Source: Eledone cirrhosa (taxonomy: Eukaryota). From it: DNA of 64,000 bases. The number at the start of each line of letters is the position of its first letter. Within the stretch, counting starts at the first letter, position 1. The notes under the pieces were generated by a model. The model was given only the letters and a program-made list of their open reading frames with translations. It was not told the origin of the DNA and did no database searches. Both the position numbers and the translations under genes were made by a program. This document shows, piece by piece, positions 13,401 to 24,609 of the stretch. Where the stretch lies: the NCBI GenBank assembly GCA_964016885.1, contig OZ024744.1, forward strand, positions 124,744,001 through 124,808,000. The letters run 5' to 3'.

Positions 13401-13760
13401 TTGCGATTCCGGAGAGGGGGCGATCCGTCTGCTTGATTCCGATAACGAACGAGACATTCGTATCCGAAAGAACGTTTGTCTGGAAACTGGTGAGTCAGTG
13501 AGTCGAAAAAAAAATATCTCGGTGGTAGTAGCAAATATTCGTATGCGAAAGAAAAGATCTCGGTGGTAGTAGCAAATATTCGAACGAGACATTCGTATGC
13601 GAAAGAAAAATATCTCGGTGGTAGTAGCAAATATTCGAACGAGACATTCGTATTCGAAAGAACGTTTGTCTGGAAGTTGCGATCCATGCCCGGTGGATAG
13701 TTGGTTCCGGGCTTTACTATGATTGTTGCAAAACAGAAACTTAAAGGAATTGACAGAATT
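10450..13760 (+). repeat. rRNA-derived chimeric satellite, ~318-bp monomer (263-372 bp) x10, with variable 54-bp internal subrepeat
   Basis: Monomer contains CGATTCCGGAGAGGG, GTCTGCTTGATTCCGATAACGAACGAGAC and GGTTCCGGG..GTTGCAAA..GAAACTTAAAGGAATTGAC (18S), plus ATCTCGGTGGTAGTAGCAAATATTCGAACGAGA (28S). Confidence 0.93.
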
Positions 13761-13785
13761 TTCGAATCGACATCAACTCGGCTAC

Positions 13786-14135
13786 GGCTATCCCGTCGAG
13801 TACGAGAGTATCGCGGGATCAGAGCAACGGTTTGCTAGGCTGCCTCTGAGCGATAACGGCTGAACGCCTCCTCTAAGCCGGAACCCTAGCCGGACCCGAG
13901 TTGTTTTTCGACAAGCGTCTCGACCTTCTTAAGGCCCATGCCTTAGTTTGGCGATTGCCGTCCGTTCGCCGACGGCGGCAGCGTCAGCGGAAATGCCATT
14001 CTGTGACGACTACGACGATTCGTCGTCGTCGTCGTCCATTCGATTTCCTGAAAGAGATAGAGACTAAAGTGATCAAATTGTTCGGAGTTACGTGCTTAGT
14101 AGAGCAGCTACCACACTGCAATCTATTGAGAGTTT
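13786..14135 (+). pseudogene. 28S rRNA 3'-terminal fragment
   Basis: Colinear motifs AGTACGAGAG (sarcin-ricin loop 5' part), GCTGAACGCCTC..TAAG, AAATGCCATTCTGTGACGACT and TAGTAGAGCAGCTACCACACTGCAATCTATTGAGAGT match the LSU domain VI / 3' end. Confidence 0.85.
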
Positions 14136-15160
14136 TCTGACGAACGATACAATCCGCCCACGTGGCGCCAGAAAGGGAGAAGAAAAGAAAAGTTAGACGC
14201 CGCCGATCGATCGGTTCGTTGTTTTACGTGTACACAGCTTGTGTGTGTGTCTGTATGTGATACAAGCCGCCTATCCGTCTTCCAAGTAAGTTTTGTGTGT
14301 AGACTGCGGAAAGAAATCCAATCCGCCGTCTAGGCGGTTCTGCCGCCGACCCATACTTTTGCGAGTCGCTCCCGGGAAAGACAGGCGGCAAGACGGCGTG
14401 TATACACGACGCCTTCCGTCTTCCGCCTCGAACCCGGCAAACGTTCCTTTATTCGTCCACGCCTTCCCGCTTCGATCGCGAGAAAGTAATCAATCTGTTT
14501 TGTGTGTGTGTCTGTGTGTGATACAAATTTGTTTTCTTAATTTGATAACCATGAATTGTTTCAACACCGGCCCTTTTAAGGGCCACTTATATTTTCAATA
14601 ATCAGTTTAAATGGGTTGCACCGTAGCCACTTGGTAATACACTGCAAATCTCCCGTCAATCTATGAAGGTTTTGTAGTAGATTAGATCAAAACACAATCA
14701 GCAAGACAGTAATGGAATGAATAATATAAACATTTGTTTATAATTAAAGCCTTAAGATGTCCCTCCCTCCCTCCCTTCCTTCCTTCCTTCCTTCCTTACG
14801 ATATACACTTTAATAACATTGAAACTTATTTAATAAGTTTAAATTTTAAACACTTTTTATTCAGACGTACCGCGATAAGTAACTAGATATGTTCTAACGA
14901 ATAATCCGCGATGTGGCGAGGATTACCGCGATAGGAAATTAGATACGTTCCAAAGAAATATCCGCGAAAAGTGAACCGCGATATAGCGGGTTCACCAGCC
15001 AGTGTATTACTGGTACTTTATTTTATCGACCCCCATAAGGATGAAAGGCAAAGTTAACTGTGCAATAACAAAGGGAGATAACCTCGTCTTTTTTTTTTTA
15101 CGGAGTTATTTCCCTTTAAATTTTATCTATTACTTATGATGATACAATTTAATCAGTTCT

Positions 15161-15285
15161 TAGCTGTCGAGACACTGCATCCTTTAAAACCTCCATGGAA
15201 CAAGCTACCTGCAACAGTTGTTAGCTGTCGAGACACTGCATCTTTTAAAACCTCCATGGAACAAACTACCTGCATCAGTTGTTAG
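15161..15285 (+). mobile_element. Tandemly duplicated ~61-bp piece of the CR1-group LINE ORF2 3' end
   Basis: ggaacaagctacctgcaacagttgttagctgtcgagacactgcatcttttaaaacc resembles the coding sequence for WNKLPASIVSCRDTASFKT in the 921-aa ORF. Confidence 0.75.
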
Positions 15286-15553
15286 GGTCTGAGTTCAAAT
15301 CACGCCGAGGAGGTTAACTTTGCCTTTCATCCTTACGGGGACGGTCGGAAAACGAACCATTACCGGTTCGCTTTCGAAGCGGGTTTCCGAAAACAGCGCT
15401 TCTCTCGACCGGGCCCGTCGTCCGCTCGGCGGTGGTTTTCATCGTCCCAGGCACGGCTAACAGGCGGAGACGGGACAAACGCGCGTGTTCCTTTTTTTAT
15501 CAGCCGCAGCGCCGTTCGTATATATGCTTAGGTTGTTTTTTTTTTAAATATCC

Positions 15554-15783
15554 TAAGTTAAGTTGGGGCTAAGTTAAGTTGGGGCTAAGTTAAGTTGAGG
15601 TTAAGTTGAGTTGGGGTTAAGTTAAGTGGGGGTTAAGTTAAGCTGGGGTTAAGTTAAGTTGAGGTTAAGTTAAGTTGGGGTTAAGTCAAGTTGGGGTTAA
15701 GTTAAGTTGGGGTTAAGTTAGGTTGGGGTTAAGTTAGGTTGGGGTTAAGTTAAGTTGGGGTTAAGTTAGGTTGCGGTTAAGTT
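15554..15783. repeat. G-rich 16-bp minisatellite (TTAAGTTAAGTTGGGG)n, ~14 copies in A and ~3 in B (59847-59900)
   Basis: Read directly. The A/B offset changes by 176 = 11x16. Confidence 0.92.
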
Positions 15784-18700
15784 ACATTCGCCGCCGGACT
15801 TCAGCTTCCTCATTTAGCATGGGCAGTTTTTCTTGAAAATCACACCACACACAGCAAATGTGTGTCCGCACATGTACCAGTAATTACAGATCGATTCCGG
15901 TGAAAATTCACTGAAAACGGGCCATCCGGCCCTGTGCGTCGATCGTGGGCCGGCCGGATGTTGACGGATCGATGTGTAATTAGAAGTACATGTGCGGACA
16001 CTCATTGGCTGTGCGTGGTATGCATTTCAGCAAGATATCTCCGTAACATCAAGAGTTATGGCTGTGGAGGCACACCTAGTCAAACGTAAACAAGGTCTGG
16101 AGCGTTTACGCTTCGCGATTTTGTTTACGTTTGACTAGGTGTGCCTCCACAGCCACAACTCTTGATTTTACGGAGATATCTTGCTGAAATGCATACCGCG
16201 CACAGCCAATGAGTGTCCGCACATGTACTTCTAATTACACATCGATCCGTCAACATCCGGCCGGCCCACGATCGACGCACAGGGCCGGATGGCCCGTTTT
16301 CAGTGAAATTTCACCGGAATCGATCTGTAATTACTGGTACATGTGCGGAGACACATTTGCTGTGTGTGGTGTGATTTTCACGAAAAACTGCCCATGCTAA
16401 ATGAGGAAGCTGAAGTCCGCCGGCGAATGGTGTGCTTCGAAGAAAACTAATTCGAAAATGACCGTTTGCAGGCGGAGTAACCTTTTCGATCGTGGGCCAG
16501 CCGCCCGTGGTGGGATCCATCTGTAATTACTGGTACATGTGCGGACATACATTTGCTGTGTGTGGTGTGATTTTCAAGAAGAACTGCCCATGCTAAATGA
16601 GGAAGCTGAAGTCCGCCGGCGAATGGTGTGCTTCGAAGAAAACTAATTCGAAAATGACCGTTTGCAGGCGGAGTAACCTTTTCGATCGTGGGCCAGCCGC
16701 CCGTGGTGGGATCCATCTGTAATTACTGGTACATGTGCGGACATACATTTGCTGTGTGTGGTGTGATTTTCAAGAAGAACTGCCCATGCTAAATGAGGAA
16801 GCTGAAGTCCGCCGGCGAATGGTGTGCTTCGAAGAAAACTAATTCGAAAATGACCGTTTGCAGGCGGGGTAACCTTTTCAATCGTGGGCCAGCCGCCCGT
16901 GGTGGGATCCATCTGTAATTACTGGTACATGTGCGGACACACATTTGCTGTGTGTGGTGTGATTTTCGAGAAAGACTGCCCATGCTAAATGAGGAAGCTG
17001 AAGTCCGCCGGCGAATGGTGTGCTTCGAAGAAAACTAATTCGAAAATGACTATTTGCCGGCGGAATCACCTTTTCGGTCCTGGTCCGGCCGGATCTTGCC
17101 GGATCGATCGGAAATTTGTGGACCATGTTCGGAAGGCCATTGTGCATGTGTGGTGAAAAAAATTTGTGTCGAAATCTTCTCGGAAAATAACGGATCGCCG
17201 GCGGAGATTGCCATTTCGATCGTGGGCCGGCCGGATCTTGTCGGATCGATTCGGACATATGTGCATCGTGTTCGCAAGGCCCTTGTCTATGTGTGGTGTG
17301 ATTTTCATAAAGAAATTCCGAAAAACCCAGTTTTAAATCTGATTTCGCCAAAGAATTTTGGCTATCAGATCGGGTTGAAAGGTATGGTTTCAGGTCGATC
17401 TGAAAGTCTAAAATGGGATTCACTCGGTTAGCTAACTTTTGATATATCGGAGATATCTTTCTGAAAATCACACCACACACTCCCAATGAGTGTCTGCACA
17501 TGTACCAGTAATTACAGATGGATCCCACCACGGGCGGCCGGCCCACGATCGAAAAGGTTACTCCGAAGCACACCATTCGCCGGCGGAATTCATTTAGCAT
17601 GGGCAGTTTTTCTCGAAAATCACACCACACACAGCAAATGTGTGTCCGCACATGTACCAGTAATTACAGATCGATTCCGGTGAAAATTCACTGAAAACGG
17701 GCCATTCGGCCCTGTGCGTCGATCGTGGGCCGGCCGGATATTGACGGATCGATGTGTAATTAGAAGTACATGTGCGGACACTCATTGGCTGTGCGTGGTA
17801 TGCATTTCAGCAAGATATCTCCGTAACATCAAGAGTTATGGCTGTGGAGGCACACCTAGTCAAACGTAAACAAGCTCTGGAGCGTATACGCTTCGCGATT
17901 TTGTTTACGTTTGACTAGGTGTGCCTCCACAGCCACAACTCTTGATGTTACGGAGATATCTTGCTGAAATGCATACCACGCACAGGCAATGAGTGTCCGC
18001 ACATGTACTTCTAATTACACATCGATCCGTCAACATCCGGCCGGCCCACGATCGACGCACAGGGCCGGATGGCCCGTTTTCAGTGAATTTTCACCGGAAT
18101 CGATCTGTAATTACTGGTACATGTGCGGACACACATTTGCTGTGTGTGGTGTGATTTTCACGAAAAACTGCCCATGCTAAATGAGGAAGCTGAAGTCCGC
18201 CGGCGAATGGTGTGCTTCGAAGAAAACTAATTCGAAAATGACCGTTTGCAGGCGGAGTAACCTTTTCGATCGTGGGCCAGCCGCCCGTGGTGGGATACAT
18301 CTGTAATTACTGGTACATGTGCGGACACACATTTGCTGTGTGTGGTGTGATTTTCGAGAAAGACTGCCCATGCTAAATGAGGAAGCTGAAGTCCGCCGGC
18401 GAATGGTGTGCTTCGAAGAAAACTAATTCGAAAATGACTATTTGCCGGCGGAATCACCTTTTCGGTCCTGGTCCGGCCGGATCTTGCCGGATCGATCGGA
18501 AATTTGTGGACCATGTTCGGAAGGCCATTGTGCATGTGTGGTGAAAAAAATTTGTGTCGAAATCTTCTCGGAAAATAACGGATCGCCGGCGGAGATTGCC
18601 ATTTCGATCGTGGGCCGGCCGGATCTTGTCGGATCGATTCGGACATATGTGCATCGTGTTCGCAAGGCCCTTGTCTATGTGTGGTGTGATTTTCATAAAG

Positions 18701-21700
18701 AAATTCCGAAAAACCCAGTTTTAAATCTGATTTCGCCAAAGAATTTTGGGTATCAGATCGGGTTGAAAGGTATGGTTTCAGGTCGATCTGAAAGTCTAAA
18801 ATGGAATTCACTCGGTTAGCTAACTTTTGATATATCGGAGATATCTTTCTGAAAATCACACCACACACTCCCAATGAGTGTCTGCACATGTACCAGTAAT
18901 TACAGATGGATCCCACCACGGGCGGCCGGCCCACGATCGAAAAGGTTACTCCGAAGCACACCATTCGCCGGCGGAATTCATTTAGCATGGGCAGTTTTTC
19001 TCGAAAATCACACCACACACAGCCAATGAGTGTCCGCACATGTACCAGTAATTACAGATGGATCCCACCACGGGCGGCTGGCCCACGATCGAAAAGGTTA
19101 CTCCGCCTGCAAACGGTCATTTTCGAATTAGTTTTCTTCGAAGCACACCATTCGCCGGCGGACTTCAGCTTCCTCATTTAGCATGGGCAGTTTTTCTCGA
19201 AAATCACACCACACACAGCAAATGTGTGTCCGCACATGTACCAGTAATTACAGATCGATTCCGGTGAAAATTCACTGAAAACGGGCCATTCTGCCCTGTG
19301 CGTCGATCGTGGGCCGGCCGGATGTTGACGGATCGATGTGTAATTAGAAGTACATGTGCGGACACTCATTGGCTGTGCGTGGTATGTATTTCAGCAAGAT
19401 ATCTCCGTAACATCAAGAGTTATGGCTGTGGAGGCACACCTAGTCAAACGTAAACAAGCTCTGGAGCGTATACGCTTCGCGATTTTGTTTACGTTTGACT
19501 AGGTGTGCCTCCACAGCCACAACTCTTGATGTTACGGAGATATCTTGCTGAAATGCATACCACGCACAGCCAATGAGTGTCCGCACATGTACTTCTAATT
19601 ACACATCGATCCGTCAACATCCGGCCGGCCCACGATCGACGCACAGGGCCGGATGGCCCGTTTTCAGTGAATTTTCACCGGAATCGATCTGTAATTACTG
19701 GTACATGTGCGGACACACATTTGCTGTGTGTGGTGTGATTTTCACGAAAAACTGCCCATGCTAAATGAGGAAGCTGAAGTCCGCCGGCGAATGGTGTGCT
19801 TCGAAGAAAACTAATTCGAAAATGACCGTTTGCAGGCGGAGTAACCTTTTCGATCGTGGGCCAGCCGCCCGTGGTGGGATACATCTGTAATTACTGGTAC
19901 ATGTGCGGACACACATTTGCTGTGTGTGGTGTGATTTTCGAGAAAGACTGCCCATGCTAAATGAGGAAGCTGAAGTCCGCCGGCGAATGGTGTGCTTCGA
20001 AGAAAACTAATTCGAAAATGACTATTTGCCGGCGGAATCACCTTTTCGGTCCTGGTCCGGCCGGATCTTGCCGGATCGATCGGAAATTTGTGGACCATGT
20101 TCGGAAGGCCATTGTGCATGTGTGGTGAAAAAAATTTGTGTCGAAATCTTCTCGGAAAATAACGGATCGCCGGCGGAGATTGCCATTTCGATCGTGGGCC
20201 GGCCGGATCTTGTCGGATCGATTCGGACATATGTGCATCGTGTTCGCAAGGCCCTTGTCTATGTGTGGTGTGATTTTCATAAAGAAATTCCGAAAAACCC
20301 AGTTTTAAATCTGATTTCGCCAAAGAATTTTGGGTATCAGATCGGGTTGAAAGGTATGGTTTCAGGTCGATCTGAAAGTCTAAAATGGAATTCACTCGGT
20401 TAGCTAACTTTTGATATATCGGAGATATCTTTCTGAAAATCACACCACACACTCCCAATGAGTGTCTGCACATGTACCAGTAATTACAGATGGATCCCAC
20501 CACGGGCGGCCGGCCCACGATCGAAAAGGTTACTCCGAAGCACACCATTCGCCGGCGGAATTCATTTAGCATGGGCAGTTTTTCTCGAAAATCACACCAC
20601 ACACAGCCAATGAGTGTCCGCACATGTACCAGTAATTACAGATGGATCCCACCACGGGCGGCTGGCCCACGATCGAAAAGGTTACTCCGCCTGCAAACGG
20701 TCATTTTCGAATTAGTTTTCTTCGAAGCACACCATTCGCCGGCGGACTTCAGCTTCCTCATTTAGCATGGGCAGTTTTTCTCGAAAATCACACCACACAC
20801 AGCAAATGTGTGTCCGCACATGTACCAGTAATTACAGATCGATTCCGGTGAAAATTCACTGAAAACGGGCCATTCTGCCCTGTGCGTCGATCGTGGGCCG
20901 GCCGGATGTTGACGGATCGATGTGTAATTAGAAGTACATGTGCGGACACTCATTGGCTGTGCGTGGTATGTATTTCAGCAAGATATCTCCGTAACATCAA
21001 GAGTTATGGCTGTGGAGGCACACCTAGTCAAACGTAAACAAGCTCTGGAGCGTATACGCTTCGCGATTTTGTTTACGTTTGACTAGGTGTGCCTCCACAG
21101 CCACAACTCTTGATGTTACGGAGATATCTTGCTGAAATGCATACCACGCACAGCCAATGAGTGTCCGCACATGTACTTCTAATTACACATCGATCCGTCA
21201 ACATCCGGCCGGCCCACGATCGACGCACAGGGCCGGATGGCCCGTTTTCAGTGAATTTTCACCGGAATCGATCTGTAATTACTGGTACATGTGCGGACAC
21301 ACATTTGCTGTGTGTGGTGTGATTTTCACGAAAAACTGCCCATGCTAAATGAGGAAGCTGAAGTCCGCCGGCGAATGGTGTGCTTCGAAGAAAACTAATT
21401 CGAAAATGACCGTTTGCAGGCGGAGTAACCTTTTCGATCGTGGGCCAGCCGCCCGTGGTGGGATACATCTGTAATTACTGGTACATGTGCGGACACACAT
21501 TTGCTGTGTGTGGTGTGATTTTCGAGAAAGACTGCCCATGCTAAATGAGGAAGCTGAAGTCCGCCGGCGAATGGTGTGCTTCGAAGAAAACTAATTCGAA
21601 AATGACTATTTGCCGGCGGAATCACCTTTTCGGTCCTGGTCCGGCCGGATCTTGCCGGATCGATCGGAAATTTGTGGACCATGTTCGGAAGGCCATTGTG

Positions 21701-23978
21701 CATGTGTGGTGAAAAAAATTTGTGTCGAAATCTTCTCGGAAAATAACGGATCGCCGGCGGAGATTGCCATTTCGATCGTGGGCCGGCCGGATCTTGTCGG
21801 ATCGATTCGGACATATGTGCATCGTGTTCGCAAGGCCCTTGTCTATGTGTGGTGTGATTTTCATAAAGAAATTCCGAAAAACCCAGTTTTAAATCTGATT
21901 TCGCCAAAGAATTTTGGCTATCAGATCGGGTTGAAAGGTATGGTTTCAGGTCGATCTGAAAGTCTAAAATGGAATTCACTCGGTTAGCTAACTATTGATA
22001 TTTCGGAGATATCTTTCTGAAAATCACACCACACACTCCCAATGAGTGTCTGCACATGTACCAGTAATTACAGATGGATCCCACCACGGGCGGCCGGCCC
22101 ACGATCGAAAAGGTTACTCCGAAGCACACCATTCGCCGGCGGAATTCATTTAGCATGGGCAGTTTTTCTCGAAAATCACACCACACACAGCCAATGAGTG
22201 TCCGCACATGTACCAGTAATTACAGATGGATCCCACCACGGGCGGCTGGCCCACGATCGAAAAGGTTACTCCGCCTGCAAACGGTCATTTTCGAATTCGT
22301 TTTCTTCGAAGCACACGATTCGCCGGCGGACTTCAGCTGCCTCATTTAGCATGGGCAGTTTTTCTCGAAAATCACACCACACACAGCAAATGTGTGTCCG
22401 CACATGTACCAGTAATTACAGATCGATTTCGGTGAAAATTCACTGAAAACGGGCCATTCGGCCCTGTGCGTCGATCGTGGGCCGGCCGGATATTGACGGA
22501 TCGATGTGTAATTAGAAGTACATGTGCGGACACTCATTGGCTGTGCGTGGTATGCATTTCAGCAAGATATCTCCGTAACATCAAGAGTTATGGCTGTGGA
22601 GGCACACCTAGTCAAACGTAAACAAGCTCTGGAGCGTATACGCTTCGCGATTTTGTTTACGTTTGACTAGGTGTGCCTCCACAGCCACAACTCTTGATGT
22701 TACGGAGATATCTTGCTGAAATGCATACCACGCACAGCCAATGAGTGTCCGCACATGTACTTCTAATTACACATCGATCCGTCAACATCCGGCCGGCCCA
22801 CGATCGACGCACAGGGCCGGATGGCCCGTTTTCAGTGAATTTTCACCGGAATCGATCTGTAATTACTGGTACATGTGCGGACACACATTTGCTGTGTGTG
22901 GTGTGATTTTCACGAAAAACTGCCCATGCTAAATGAGGAAGCTGAAGTCCGCCGGCGAATGGTGTGCTTCGAAGAAAACTAATTCGAAAATGACCGTTTG
23001 CAGGCGGAGTAACCTTTTCGATCGTGGGCCAGCCGCCCGTGGTGGGATCCATCTGTAATTACTGGTACATGTGCGGACACACATTTGCTGTGTGTGGTGT
23101 GATTTTCGAGAAAGACTGCCCATGCTAAATGAGGAAGCTGAAGTCCGCCGGCGAATGGTGTGCTTCGAAGAAAACTAATTCGAAAATGACTATTTGCCGG
23201 CGGAATCACCTTTTCGGTCCTGGTCCGGCCGGATGTTGCCGGATCGATCGGAAATTTGTGGACCATGTTCGGAAGGCCATTGTGCATGTGTGGTGAAAAA
23301 AATTTGTGTCGAAATCTTCTCGGAAAATAACGGATCGCCGGCGGAGATTGCCATTTCGATCGTGGGCCGGCCGGATCTTGTCGGATCGATTCGGACATAT
23401 GTGCATCGTGTTCGCAAGGCCCTTGTCTATGTGTGGTGTGATTTTCATAAAGAAATTCCGAAAAACCCAGTTTTAAATCTGATTTCGCCAAAGAATTTTG
23501 GCTATCAGATCGGGTTGAAAGGTATGGTTTCAGGTCGATCTGAAAGTCTAAAATGGAATTCACTCGGTTAGCTAACTATTGATATTTCGGAGATATCTTT
23601 CTGAAAATCACACCACACACTCCCAATGAGTGTCTGCACATGTACCAGTAATTACAGATGGATCCCACCACGGGCGGCCGGCCCACGATCGAAAAGGTTA
23701 CTCCGAAGCACACCATTCGCCGGCGGAATTCATTTAGCATGGGCAGTTTTTCTCGAAAATCACACCACACACAGCCAATGAGTGTCCGCACATGTACCAG
23801 TAATTACAGATGGATCCCACCACGGGCGGCTGGCCCACGATCGAAAAGGTTACTCCGCCTGCAAACGGTCATTTTCGAATTCGTTTTCTTCGAAGCACAC
23901 GATTCGCCGGCGGACTTCAGCTGCCTCATTTAGCATGGGCAGTTTTTCTCGAAAATCACACCACACACAGCCAATGAG
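15784..23978. repeat. Palindromic higher-order satellite: 1584-bp units (first interval 1780) built from a 196-bp monomer in both orientations
   Basis: Mirror-image ORFs give symmetry centres at 16107, 17887, 19471, 21055 and 22639. 196-bp subrepeats at 16520/16716/16912. Confidence 0.95.
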
Positions 23979-24019
23979 TTTAAAATACTCACCGTTTGAT
24001 TTGGAAAAACTTAAAATGC

Positions 24020-24054
24020 TCACATATATATGTGTATGTATTTATCTATGCATG

Positions 24055-24100
<46 letters not shown>

Positions 24101-24576
24101 TATGTATTTATCTATGTATTTATCTATATGCATGGATATATATATATATATATATATTTATCTATGTATTTATCTATATGCATGGATATATATATATATA
24201 TATATGTATTTATCTATGCATGTATGAATATATAAAATATATATATATATATATGTGTGTATGTATTTATCTATGCATGTATGAATATATAAAATATATA
24301 TATATATATATATGTATGTATTTATCTATGCATGTATATATATATAAAATATATACATAAATATATATATATATGTATTTATCTATGCATGTGTGCATAC
24401 ATATATATATATATATGTATTTATCTATACATGTATGTATATATATATATATACATATATAAGTATTTATCTATACATGTATGTATATATATATATACAT
24501 ATATATGTATTTATCTATACATGTATGTATATATATATATATATATATGTATATAAGTATTTATCTATACATGTAT

Positions 24577-24609
<33 letters not shown>

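Noticed and set aside
10560-13680. CRISPR-like appearance of the 54-bp repeats
   Set aside because: Intervening sequences are identical rather than unique spacers, there are no cas genes, and the context is eukaryotic.
10309-13700. Long repetitive ORFs (up to 368 aa) in the rRNA satellite, and equivalents at 51767-58002
   Set aside because: Products of stop-poor tandem repeats. Frames shift with poly-A length, there are no protein motifs, and the DNA is rRNA-derived.
10259-14135. Functional or highly reduced parasite rRNA gene
   Set aside because: Fragments are non-colinear, mix SSU and LSU, are tandemly repeated, and no 5.8S, decoding helix or peptidyl-transferase centre is recognisable.
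17970-17990. cataccacgc resembling the 5S rRNA 5' region
   Set aside because: Only ~10 nt match, with no box A or box C and no remaining 5S sequence.
15814-23933. ORFs of 63-270 aa in the palindromic satellite
   Set aside because: Mirror-image ORFs on both strands, lengths vary with single substitutions, and no transposase or Rep motif is visible.
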